Program-made: the position numbers and the translations under genes
Assembly: GCA_000934665.2 (NCBI GenBank)
Contig: JYFJ02003433.1
Location: forward strand, 1-41,756
Length of the DNA: 41,756 nucleotides
Direction: 5' to 3'
From: Catajapyx aquilonaris
Taxonomy: Eukaryota
Notes under the pieces: model-generated
The model's database searches: none
The model's input: only the letters and a program-made list of their open reading frames with translations
Told to the model about the DNA's origin: nothing
Part shown: positions 11,127 to 22,634 of the stretch, in pieces
How the letters are laid out: each line of letters starts with the position of its first letter
Position numbering within the stretch: the stretch's first letter is position 1

Positions 11127-11541
11127 TAGTAGGGTACCAGAAGCAGTCCCACCAGAAAATGACAAGGATAAAAATGATGGAAATCTATCTCGGTCGGAAA
11201 TCTATACCGGCATGCCGCTTTAAGTGAGGTAATACGGTATTGCGTGCAATACTTGGACTTTACTGCCCTGTAGTTGCACAGTTACTATCAAACGTGCATC
11301 CACAACTTTTTCTTCCCTGAGTTATACCACCTAAATACATCTAGTTAGATTTCCAAAAAATGAATGCATTATCAATGAATTTTAATATTTCCCTGAGCGA
11401 CCATCTTTCATCTAGTCAGTAGCAGTCTTTGGTGGTGTTACCTGTTGGTGAATTTTCCTAATAAAGATGACAGATTCCAGAGACCCCTCCATGTCTAAAG
11501 TGAAGCTTCTAACTGCCAACATGCCCATGCAAAATGAACTA

Positions 11542-11740
11542 CAGTAAAACTTCTATAAGTCGAACTTCCCTAAGTCGAAGTGCTCTATAAGTCGAAGAAA
11601 ATGATGAGCTTGGTTGGTCACAATGTAAAATAATAGGAAATAAACTTCCCTAACTCGAAGTGCTGGCAGGGCCTTACGATGGGATATCAATGCATTTTCC
11701 AAGGCATTTTCAGTCTCCCTAAGTCGAAGTTCATGTTGGT
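11542..11740 (+). mobile_element. pogo/Tigger-like left-end fragment
   Basis: TA + cagtaaaacttctataagtcgaac with repeated taagtcgaa motifs; no right TIR located. Confidence 0.55.
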
Positions 11741-11859
11741 GAATACGGAAAATTTTCACATTTCCCAGCTGAAGGGTCGAGAGTACAAACATGTTCAGAA
11801 AGGCTTCAATATCCTGATCTCCGTCTACCAGACGCAGTGGCGCACCCAGAAAGATCAAA

Positions 11860-13055
11860 TTCAAATGAAAACTAGCCAAGGTCATAGCAAACTGCCAATT
11901 GGGTTTCTTGTGGCAGCTTCAGTTCTACACAAATCAAAGGTCGTACCACTCTAGTGTTACGACACACTTTAATTTGAGGGCTTAACGTCGGCCTATATCT
12001 GCTGCTAAGGCTCAACGCCGACGCCAGGGGGTGGTCCTCCTCCTGGAAATTTGGCTACTCTGGGGATCTTTAACATGCACTCATGCAATGTCGCAAGCAC
12101 ACGGGACCGACGGCTTTACTTCCCCTCCGAAGGAAGGCGCACTCTCACTTTTCTACCACCCGGAGAAAAGTCACCGACTTCGGCCGGGTTCGAACCCTCA
12201 ACTTGGGACCAGAGGCGAGCGCGCTAACCACCAGTCCACCGGTGCCGGTTGTTATGACACACTGTCAGGTAGCAATTTGATCACTTGACACTGTGGCAGT
12301 GTGCCTTTGTTCAGGACTCCGTCCAGTCAGGATGGAAGCAATGAACATTGAGCAGCATGTGGTAATCCTGTGTTTAACCATGGAAGGTGTCTGGAATTCA
12401 GAAATCCATCACCACATGAGTACCATGCACAAAAACTGCATGCCTTTGTCAAATGTTTAAGACTGGATTAAGTTGTTCTGAGAGGGACGGTCATTGTTGA
12501 TTGGTGTTTCCAGGCCAGGGCAAGGAAACCATGCAGTCACCAATGTTTCTGCAGCTGTAGTTGACAGCCTCATTTGTTAAGACAGAAGAATCACGGAAGC
12601 ACCTGCTGAGAAAGCTGGTGTCAGTGTTTGCAATGTGTGTCCACACCATTATCTGGGATTATCTGCAATACGGGAACATTTGTGCACAGTGGGTGACACA
12701 CTACTTGGAACGTGTGCAAAATGACATTGACATGGGTGTTCTAGAAGCATTTGCTGCAATATCATGGGGAAGGTCACCTCGTCATCCACAGAATCATTGC
12801 GGGAAATGAAACATGGGGCTTTCCTCAGTTATAAAATGGATTACCGCTCGCTGCTCAAAGTTCGTTGCTTCCATTTCTGATGGGATAGTGTTTTAATGGA
12901 GAGTCCTGAACAAGGGCAGACTGCCACTGTATCATGTGATGGAATCGCCACATGTTGGTGAGTTACAAGGTACCACCTTCATTTTGTTTAGAACAGAAGA
13001 TGCCATGGAAACCCAATTGTCAGTTTGCTATGACCGTGGCGCGTTTTAATATGAA
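11860..13055 (+). mobile_element. Decayed mariner-derived element with long inverted arms, interrupted by a SINE
   Basis: ggtcatagcaaactg.caattgggttt mirrored at about 13010-13036; tggcagt.tgcc.ttgttcaggactc mirrored at about 12901-12927. Stop-interrupted mariner N-terminal remnant (EQHVVILCLTMEG..SEIH..DWIKLF*EGR). Ends approximate. Confidence 0.7.
11975..12245 (-). mobile_element. SINE family D (tRNA head + Nin/Deu-domain-like core)
   Basis: On -: ggtggactggtggttagcgcg (A box), ggttcgaaccc (B box), then the same core as 1121-1280. Confidence 0.85.
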
Positions 13056-13952
13056 TGGCCCTTATTATTTTAATCTGTTTTATTTTTGTTGATGGGTACA
13101 AAAAAGTTATGGGAATTTTTGATTGTAAACTAAGTACACGATATTTCCCCAGTCTTTCTTTTCTGCCTATGCAATTGGGTCACATTAACACTTTCATCAG
13201 CATTGGTAGGAGCAATGGTGTATTACATGACTCCTCCTGCCAACAGTGGCTTAAGCTGTTTCCATGTCATAAAAACATGAATTACTGGCCCTGTTGCCAG
13301 ATATGTTTAATCAACTGCTGCCTCCTCTTTGACATATCTCAGCAAACATGATGGTGAAATTATGGTGTAAGTGCAACTACTAGAGCTGTAACATCAATTC
13401 AGGGCCATGTAAAAAACTGAGTGACGTCTGTATGTTATCTCCTGTTTTTAAAATCTATTTTAGCTAATTGACTTTGGTCTTCTTCATTACTGACCATTTG
13501 TTTAATATGGAATTGTCATGGTAGTGGTAGTGTCATAAATGGTAATTAAATTTTAATGGTACTGTATTTAACTTTGACTTTAAAAATTGCCCTTGTGTAT
13601 GTATGTGTTACGGGCAATGTGTGAAATGCAGGCATTGTACAGAATGTGTAATATATGTACTAGATATATCATTATTATTGCTTTGAAAATTTTCTGGCAG
13701 CTAGCCAGTACAGCATCCAACCTCAAGGTCAGATATTATCAATAATGAAATCCATCACTGGAACATGATCCTATTGCAAAACTTTCTTGCTGGATGAATG
13801 GCCCTATTGTGTGCAATCATTGATAAGGTCTAGCCAAAACATGAAACCTTTCAGAACCACTATTATCTTAATCCTACCCTTCACTGGAATGCCAACTGTG
13901 AGTTTGTTTGTCCCTTATAAAAATCCAGGGGAAGGCCCCTACACCGCCTTAA

Positions 13953-14498
13953 CCCTTAACTAGGTAGGTGGGCGAAACACCTTTAACTACGTAGGTGGAG
14001 CCTGAGAGGCTCCAACGGTATATTTAAATCTCTGCTTATAAGCTCAATTGTTATATTGGACTTTTCACATACAGAAAGTGCAGTTCAGATAATTAGGTTT
14101 CCAAAAACGTAAAAATCACACGCTGAGTCAGTACATTCCGACAGAAAAAAAATCGTAACGAGGAACAGGTCGCACCTTGGAGCCGCTCAGGCTCTACCTA
14201 CGTAGTAAAGGGTGCTGTCGTTTTCCCTATCTCCATGGAGAGTGTCTGAATAGGGAAAACGACAGCACCCTTTACTACGTAGGTGGAGCCTGAGCGGCTC
14301 CAAGGTAGGACCTGTTCCTCGTTACGATTTTGTTTCAGCCAAAGAATGGCGACTAATTTTTTTTTCTTTCTTTATATGCTTAGGAAGGTTTTTGTGACAA
14401 AGTCACGGAAGCACAGGGGGAAAAAACATTTAATCAAAAAGTTACATGCGTTTAAATAGTGGTTGGAGCCTCTCAGGCTCCACCTACGTAGTTAAGGG
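13953..14498. mobile_element. piggyBac-like MITE, second copy in opposite orientation with internal hairpin
   Basis: TTAA + cccttaacta left end and tagttaaggg right end. Reverse-complement similar to 9570-10040, with a palindrome at about 14148-14330. Confidence 0.88.
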
Positions 14499-14823
14499 GG
14501 TAAATTAGCATATCAGGGGTTACATTTTCCAAGGAATCTAACTCCACATGTTTCAGCTTCCGAAAATGAACCTAACTCCCACAACACGCATATTCCCGAA
14601 TTTTCTCACTACTCGGGCCTCAACAATAATAACTTACATCATCATCAGTAACCATATATCAATTCGCATTCCCATGGAAATGCCCTTATGCAACAATACC
14701 TAGCAAATTAAGCCATCGCCGTAAATTCAACGCATCCACCAATTACGCTATGGGCCACCTCACATGAGTTTGTATCGTATGGTCATTCCGGGATTTCGTG
14801 GGATTAGAAAGTAGACTTCCAGA

Positions 14824-15120
14824 ACCGAAGCAGTTTGGTGGAGTGGCTATAGGGTCCGACTGCTAATCGGGAGGTCCTGGGTTCGAGCCCCGGGGCCGGC
14901 AACTCTAACCGTGGTTTTCTGTGGTTTCCCACGGTCCCTCCAGGAGAATTCCGGTGTTGCTTCCTAATTAAAAAGGCCACAGCTGCCTCCTTCCTTCCCT
15001 ATCCTATCCCAAAAGCAAAAAGTAAACATGTAAGCAAGAGTTCCAGACAAAACAAAAATCCCCCCTAAAGAGCCGAAAAAGGCTGATAACGGGGTATGAT
15101 ATTATTATATTATTATTATT
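14824..15120 (+). mobile_element. tRNA-derived SINE family A, full length
   Basis: A and B boxes, (ATT)n tail and 15-bp TSD aagtagacttccaga (14809-14823, 15121-15135). Confidence 0.92.
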
Positions 15121-15569
15121 AAGTAGACTTCCAGACAAAAATAAATACAATAAAATAATACAGTATTTACAAATATTACTCCGTGTTGAAAAAAAAAATC
15201 CCACCATGCATCTGTATGTACATTTCTAATCTTCTTCAGAGCAGACATATGGAATGAGGTGGGGGTGTGAAGTGGGGTTGGGGGGTCAAGGGGTCAAAAA
15301 TGCATGGGAAAAAACACATGGCTGTGCAGTCTTCTCCTGGGTCGACTCCATCCGCATTCCTCTTTTTACACATCCAATCAGAATATCTGTGTCGACTACG
15401 CTATAAGACAAGCAGGTAATCTATCACAGATAGTGACAAACTTTGGCTTATTGCAACTTATAGGGCCTATTTTAAGACATCAAATTTCGAGTGTATGGAA
15501 GGGAAATTTTTACAAACACACTTCCTAAAATACTGTATATGTACCCCTACCTTTACCAGCACCCCAACA

Positions 15570-15600
15570 TACCCGGGCAATGCCGGGTAACCTGCAAGTA
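15570..15600 (+). mobile_element. Probable Helitron 3' terminus (degenerate)
   Basis: tacccgg-gcaatg-ccgggta hairpin followed by CAAG-T, a CTAG-like end. Confidence 0.5.
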
Positions 15601-15677
15601 ATAATAATAATAATCATAATCATAATAATCATAATCATAATCATAATAATCATAATAATCATAATCATAATCATAAT
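15601..15677 (+). repeat. (ATA)/(ATAATC)n simple repeat
   Basis: Directly visible. Confidence 0.95.
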
Positions 15678-15719
15678 AGGGTAAAGTGCCTACTTCGAGA
15701 GATCTTGCATGACCTTAAT

Positions 15720-16005
15720 TATTTATACTGTAGTGTAAATCTGGAACATTTTTGCAACATGCCCTGGTCCACAGGCAGAGGTAGAGTGGGAGGAGAAGTG
15801 CAGGGTGCAAGTGCAATGTCGTTTCTTGGTCATTGTGGGAGTTATCCCAGGTAGTTAGTCTCAAGGAGTCCCACCTGAGATGGAGCCAGAGATGACCCAA
15901 CTTCACACCTAAGATGAAGGGGGGAAAGCCGGGCTTGGCATCATACCTGGGGACCCTTCCATCCACATAGGCATGCATGTTACTGTAGCTCCACTCTGCC
16001 TCTTC
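15720..16005 (-). mobile_element. SINE family C, diverged copy
   Basis: Similar to 2005-2309 (gagccagagatgaccc..gatgaagggggg). Confidence 0.75.
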
Positions 16006-16301
16006 AAGTAGGCTTTATTATTGCAAGATTATTAATTTTCTCTCTTGGGTCAGAGTGGGAGGGTGAAATTAAGGTGTATCTGCACTGCTTCTCAGTCTTG
16101 GCTGGCCTGTATTAAATGATGCAACACTGAGACTATTCCAACTACAACGCAAATTGGGCCAAATCCAATTGGGCCATCCCGTCCTATCATCCTGCCCTTG
16201 GGCCCGGGCGCTTCAATGAATAGGCACCAAAAATGTACCATCAATCAAAATAAAGGTCCGTGTGATATACCCCCATATGGGGGTGAAAGTACCAGCCCAA
16301 G

Positions 16302-16302
<1 letters not shown>

Positions 16303-16367
<65 letters not shown>

Positions 16368-16391
16368 ATTATTATTATTATTATTATTATT

Positions 16392-16443
<52 letters not shown>
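16303..16443 (+). repeat. Compound microsatellite (TTA)n(TTG)n following a SINE-C tail fragment (about 16185-16280)
   Basis: Directly visible. The upstream catcctgccc..gggcccgggc..aataaaggtccgtg matches the tail of the 2005-2309 copy. Confidence 0.95.
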
Positions 16444-16444
<1 letters not shown>

Positions 16445-16476
16445 CTTGAATGAAACAAACCTCATCAGCATAATTG

Positions 16477-16969
16477 TCATCAGCAATGCAAAACCTCGTA
16501 ACTCGCAATTTGTCCGAAATGAGTTACTCGTGCAGTTGTGTCCTGAAAAATTGTCAGCATCGACCTGCAAAACCTCTTATTCTCTGGACCAATGAAACTG
16601 GGTGTTTAGGTCCCATTGCAAAACCACTCCTCCGATAGCCCACCGAGATCGGAGGCAAGACCTCGTATTTCTTTCACCAGCCACAATGGCGGCCGTTCCT
16701 GTTGGTCATCACGTAGGCTTAAGTAAGGCAATTACCACACCTACACTTATGCCCATGAGGTACTGCACCTCTTCATGACGACAAGATTAAGTATTGTCTA
16801 ACAATAATGATGCAATCAACCCACAAAGAAAAGTTAATATATAGGAGGTTTTGCAGGCCACTCATCTACCGTGTAAGCAGAAATTTTGCGAGGTTTTGCA
16901 CGAACATGTTTTTCCTTGCCCTGTAAAATGACATTATTGTGAGATACGAGGTTTTGCATTGCCAACGAC
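16477..16969. mobile_element. MITE with gcaaaacctc subterminal repeats
   Basis: gcaatgcaaaacctcgta / tacgaggttttgcattgc inverted ends; motif repeated internally in both orientations. Confidence 0.7.
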
Positions 16970-16973
16970 CTTA

Positions 16974-17795
16974 TGAGGGTTGTCCGACAATTATTGGCAA
17001 CACTGTTACCACTTGGCACCCCTGGCGGCTAGGACCGAATGTAAATAGGTACTTTTAGAGTCAGCCTTGGGGAACCCTACAGTACCATTCGCGAAGTAGT
17101 CACAGCAGTACTCGTATGTACGGAGCAGTGCCTGTTCAACTTGCACCCCATCCACGCAATCGCCCCCTGCTTCATCAAGATCCCTGTTGCACGTGTAAAA
17201 TCTTCCAGACAGCATCATAAAGGTCTTGTGCAGACGTGTGGTGACTCTGCATCAGTATCATATCATTGCAAGGTTGGTACAAGCTTTTAAAGAAGGCCCC
17301 CTCCTGTACTACAATGTCAAAGCTGTGACAACTGTTGGATATGGACTGGCAATGTAATTGGCAAGGGAAATTGGAAAGCAGCATCAATATCATAATTGCA
17401 ACATAAGTTCGGCCCATAAATTCACCTTACGAGGAAGGATTTGTTGCAGAGGGGCCCATTGTCTCATTGTCATATGGCCATTGCTCTTAGGAAATTTCTT
17501 CAGAAATGGTAATGGGAGGTGTTGGAACATCCTTCCTATTCACCTGACATGAGTACATGTGACTACGATCAACTCCAAAAATTATGGCCTTCGTTTCTGT
17601 ATGAGGGAAGCATGACTTCTGCGTGACGCCTCCACAAAAGACGCTGCTGACGGCATTTGAAGCCTTCCAGAGATATGGAAAAATGTCATAAAAATGGCTG
17701 GGGAATACATCTAGGGAATGTGAAATGTTCAAGCCTGTACCCATACTGATATGGAAATTACAGAATTGTTGCCAATAATTGTCGGACAACCCTCA
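16974..17795 (+). mobile_element. Deleted mariner element
   Basis: TIR tgagggttgtccgacaattattggcaac at both ends; remnant WEVLEHPSYSPDMSTCDYD at about 17513-17569. Confidence 0.9.
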
Positions 17796-18039
17796 AATGT
17801 GAATGAACCTTCTGCATAGTGCTGTACCAGTCCAGACATATAATCTAACCAGGATTTAACAGATGTTATTGTTGGCAACAAAAAATATACAATGAATTAC
17901 ATGTGCTAAATCTTGGTGAAATCCGCCTAAATTATTCGAGTGGTTCAACCTGACCCTAGGGGCTTATAAGTTGTACTAAACCAGGTTACGTGACAATTGC
18001 TGGTACCATAATAATAATAGGGTTGGGTTTAGTGCACCG

Positions 18040-18525
18040 CCCATGATGGGCATCTAGCACAGTACCTTTATTTGCTTTAGGTGTACAAGCTTTTATTGGT
18101 CCTTTTTCGTAATGCCTGGGTACCATGAGCAAGGGGGAATGAGTGGGAGGGGATGAGCAATGTGCAGTGCAGTACAGTTGCTGTGGTCATTTTGTGAACT
18201 CCCCCTGGTGGTTAGCCTAGCGCAGCGGTTCTTAACCTGGGGTGCCCAAACCCCAGGGGGTGCGAGCAAGGTGCACCTCTGGACTTAGTCTAACTATATG
18301 AACTTAATCAATCACCCCTGGTATAGGGGGTGCGACAAGGACCAACTGTCTTCAAAGGGGTGCGGAGTCCCAAAAAGGTTAAGAACCCCTGGGGAAGTCC
18401 CACCTAAGACGAAGCCAGAGATGACCCTGAACTCTGCACGAGATGAAGGGGGGAATGCCCGGGCTTGGTATCGAACTCTGGACCCTTGCACCCTTGCGTC
18501 CGCAGCGCCACTCCGTCTCCCCACA
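18040..18525 (-). mobile_element. SINE family C interrupted by a hAT-like MITE
   Basis: SINE-C body is continuous on either side of 18223-18391. Confidence 0.8.
18223..18391. mobile_element. hAT (Charlie-like) MITE
   Basis: TIRs cagcggttcttaacct / aggttaagaacccctg. Left flank gcctagcg resembles the Charlie target; the right TSD is not preserved. Confidence 0.75.
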
Positions 18526-19847
18526 ATTGCTGGTACCATGGAGATGGAGAGAGCATTCTATGCCCTACACTATGCCCTCAACTGGTGGACCATGACGCAA
18601 TTTTGCCCGGACCGCGATGATATGCAGGACAGTTTGAAATAGCATTAGAAATTACTAATTCATGATTTTTTGGAAAAAGTGCTACCAATTTCATCAAATA
18701 CACACCCATTCAAATCTCCCACATCACCTTGAACCCCCCTCAAAAAAATTTCGCCTGCGGCGGGCTAGCTCCTTGTTCTACTTGTGCTTATGAAATGGGC
18801 CCCCCTCCAAAATTGTTTCTTCCTACGCACCTGTACAATGTGTACTGTACATAGGACATCATAAAGGGCGAAAATGTCTCAATATGTCCTGTCTTGATAG
18901 GCCCTTCTGCACATGTTTCTATTTCCAAAAATGAACCCTGTGGTACCACATAAAATCCATATCTTTACCGGGGGGGGAGGAGGAGGAGGAGGAGGTCCGG
19001 ACCTTCAATGGCCCAGGAAAGGTAANGACCTTCAATGGCCCAGGAAAGGTAAATACTGGACCTTGTCATAAACTAGTTGAATACCACTGCCCTACACTTT
19101 CAATATAAGGTCATTCACATGGTCATGCATGCACTAGACCCAGTTGTGGAACTGATCCAGTATGTCATTTTTTTGCCATGTTGATTCAACAATTAATAAC
19201 AATCACTTAATTGGATCAGCTTTGGAATGGGTTGAATGTACTCATGCCCATGGGACTCACCCTATAGGTCAGTGCTTCCCAATTTTCTTCGTTGGCAACC
19301 TCAAAAAATCGTCTCGTAAAATTCACAACCCCCACTTCCAATGCAACACTACCCCACCTCAGTGGTAGTCAATGACAATACAGGTAGTCCCCAGTTTACG
19401 AACGGGGTTACGTTCCTGAAAATGTCCGCCATCTGTATATCACATTCTAACATCGATAGAGCTGCAAAACCCAGGAGAGTTCATATCTGTAACTGTTTTC
19501 ATTTTCAAATGAAAAGGGTGGGAGACTTGGGTCAAAAATGGGCCCTGGGGGGTGTCGATTGTCTTTTGTTTCTCTCCCCCTCTCGTAAATTTTTTTGTCA
19601 TCTGCACATCTCAACAAATGTAAATCGACAGAGCTTCAGAAATTAGTAAAAGTCATATTTGTAACCTTTCCAGTTTTCGAATAAAACACGTTAAATTTCA
19701 ACTGCTTTTTGCAGGGGACCCTATTATTTTGTCAAGTCCCTGTACATAACAGTGAAAATCGTTTACAGCAAAATCACTGGATTCAGTGGTACTTTTACAT
19801 ACTACTAATGAGCTGATTTTCATAGTGTGGAATAATACTGAACTATA

Positions 19848-20024
19848 CAGGGTGTTCCAAGTTCGGGAGTCACTTCTTGATAACTGATATCGCCCCCAGT
19901 GGGTCGAATATAGCAGTAGTTATAGAATGGGGCACTTGGTTAGGGGCACAGCAAGCTACAAAAAATAACTGCTATCAGGTGATATCAGTTATCAAGAAGT
20001 GACCCCCAAACTTGGAACACCATG
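19848..20024. mobile_element. Tc1/mariner MITE
   Basis: TA TSD; about 45-bp TIR cagggtgttccaagtt.ggg.gtcacttcttgataactgatatc. Confidence 0.88.
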
Positions 20025-20104
20025 TATATTTTTAAAATACCGTAAGTGGGAGGGACTTGTAACAAATCAGTTTTTCAATTCTCGCGCCACTATTATTTGA
20101 ACTA

Positions 20105-20800
20105 CAGTGAAACTTGCCCATTACGGACCCTGGGTATAGCGGAAACCTATCCATTGCGGAATTTTTTCAGGGAACAGGCGTACACATAGGGAACGCAGTG
20201 TATTTTTTGTTGGATATAAAGGAACCTGGAAATGGATAACGGATAACAGAAGTGGAAGGGATTTTTGTCTCCCTTCAGAGAAAATCTCTGTTCATAACAG
20301 AAATCAAAAGGTTCACATTATCTCGTACGAGTCACAAAAATAGAAACTACAGCCAGGTTCACTCTCGGCCCTACCAAGAGGCCTCCGAGTAACCCTTTTT
20401 GGGCCGTTTCCACACTATACTGTGTCTCGTAATTGCTGGATTTACTATCGGCTCGTGGCCTTGAAAATACTTGTATTAGTCAGGAAAATGGGACTATTTT
20501 TGGTTGTAAAACAAAGACAGCTTGCTGGGTGCCCAAGAAGATTGTGACTCGTGATTTGTAGGTTGAACGTTGAAGTTTAGTTCACCGTTCAGTCCAGGTT
20601 TAAAATGGTGGAGAAGAGGAAAGGGTTGACACAGGCTCAACGTATTGCCTGTGTCAGGGCTGATGGTCCAATAGAGCAGGCAAAACTAAGAGCCCAAGAA
20701 CATGGTGTGGCAAAATTTAGCATTCCAAATGGGGTGGCTGGAAAGTCTCTGCAACAGACACAGAATTTCGTGGAAATCAGTATGGTTATACAAGTGTCAT
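20105..20800 (+). mobile_element. pogo/Tigger-like left end with decayed transposase N-terminus
   Basis: TA + cagtgaaactt..ttacggac terminus; ORF MVEKRKGLTQAQRI resembles pogo N-terminal HTH starts. Confidence 0.55.
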
Positions 20801-20900
20801 GAATATCGAAGAAGAAGCAGAAAATTGGAAAAATAAGACTGTGGGAGGCGAAAATATATTTCATAATATATTACATTATAAATTATTATCAATCTACCAA

Positions 20901-21120
20901 AGCAGAAGTGGTGGAGTAGATATGTGTCCGACTGCTAATCGGGAGGTCCTGGGTTCGAATGCCGGAGGCCGGCGATCCTGACCTTGGTTTTCCAAGGTCG
21001 GCCCAGGAAAATTTTCCGGGATCGTACCGTAAAATAGGCCACAGTCGCTTCCTTCCTTTCCCTGCCCTGGAGGACGTGCGGGTGAGTGGGGGGTTTCTGA
21101 CTTGCATCTAGAGGGTCTTT
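20901..21120 (+). mobile_element. SINE family A with a different 3' part
   Basis: Head and body match 14824, then diverge after ttccttcctttccct. Confidence 0.8.
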
Positions 21121-21345
21121 TCCCTGAATGTGATAAGTATAGCTGTTATTATTTGTAAAATATCTTGTCCATATCTTCAGAGTACACATAATACAAAATG
21201 TACGTGGTTCAGGCCTATCTGGTAACAAAGGGGTTAATACACTGTTGAGTGTGCGTTTATTTCGAGAAAGTAATTTTTTCTGGTTGTTCCACCAACCCCA
21301 TATTGATTTTAATATTTTTTATGCTGCTGCTCCACCAAACTACAG

Positions 21346-21499
21346 AGAGAAGATGGCACAAGCATATGACTTTGCTTTGGACAAGATTGGAATGGACATC
21401 CAGTCATACTCCATCTGGAATGATTATGTAAACTTCCTCAAGAGCGTGGATGCTGTTGGGTCGTATGCTGAGAATCAGAAGATCAGTGCTGTTAGAAAG
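21346..21499 (+). CDS. CSTF3: CstF-77 exon 5 ([18 protein letters not shown]...[16 protein letters not shown])
   Basis: Strongly conserved peptide. Acceptor tacag| in phase 2; donor AAG|gcaagt is a GC donor; 154 nt. Confidence 0.95.
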
Positions 21500-22209
21500 G
21501 CAAGTTGCGCTGAGCATGATGTGTAAACAAAACCTAGAGTTAAATATTCAAGGTTCTGTCTGCTGTGATCAAGGATTAGTGAATCAGGATGAGTAGGTAG
21601 TACTAGACGGCTCAAGACATCGCGGTGGATTCTAACACTTGCTACAAAGGTAGATCATAGATATAATGTGTGTCTATCTATGCCCTATGGGATGTGTTAT
21701 AAAACCATTGTGATTCCCTAAAGCACTGAAGTTATGAATCAGGTATTACATGGAGCACGCTAATGCGTATTAATATTATTGTATTCTGTTAATGTGCTGC
21801 TGTATACGGGACTTTTTGGAGTGCATATAAACCGCATCACTCTTCTCTCGTCATTTAACGTTTAAATTCAGGAGTTATCTAATAAGGAAGAATAAGTGTC
21901 TGCTGAGCTCAATATTGAATATCATTTATTACCAATGAGGGTTGCATTTAAAAAAATACTATGTAGTAAAACGAAGTAAATCATATAGGGTGGTGCAAAA
22001 GATTGGGCATACGCAACAACGCATGCCTAGTTCCGCTTGTTCCCGGCAGGTGGCGATGTCTGTACATAGCCATTAATGCAGGGTAGTGTACCTTACCAAA
22101 TCCCGTAGTCTACGCGCGCCCCAAAAAAGTGGAGGGATGGGATAGTAAACAAAATGTGATAAAAAATCCCTGTTAAGATTATCTGGACTTCAGTATTGAT
22201 CATTATTAA

Positions 22210-22518
22210 TCGTGACGGATAGAGTTGGCCTTCCTGGCGTGCGGGAGGCGGGAGGGTAGTAGTCGGTGGGGGCAGCGGGCTGTGTTGCAAAGGCAAGGAT
22301 AAAGGATAGGTCTGTATCCGCTGAAGATAGGTCTGTATCTTCAACAAAGGAAGGTTAGGCTTGGTTAGGTTAGGTTGGTACAGCTTACCCCTTCCAAAAT
22401 AAAAAAAATCAATCCTTGCATTCTTGCCTTTGTGACACAGCCAAGCTGCCCCCACCACCGCACTACTCACCCTGCCGCCTCCCGCACGCCAGTAAGGCAT
22501 ACTCTTTCCATCGTAACA
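22210..22518. mobile_element. Palindromic GC-rich MITE with central (GGTTA)n
   Basis: ctggcgtgcgggaggcgg..ggtgggggcagc mirrored by gctgcccccacc..ccgcctcccgcacgccag. Confidence 0.75.
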
Positions 22519-22634
22519 ATGGAGCTAGGATGGCACCAAAGTTAAAGTTAATTTGACAGTTAACAACTGAAACAAATATGATTACACTTTGGACAGTGAA
22601 TTTCTGTGGAGTCTGGTAATAATTGCTGTCACAC

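Larger units (their letters stand above)
9317..11237. mobile_element. Tc1/mariner-superfamily non-autonomous element (CCGTA termini) hosting two nested insertions
   Basis: TIR ccgtatta.ctcacttaaagcggcatgccggt at both ends; TA TSD at 9315-9316 and 11238-11239. Confidence 0.85.

Noticed and set aside
16198..16570. ORFs with poly-L/T/I/N tracts
   Set aside because: Translations of the (TTA)n(TTG)n microsatellite.
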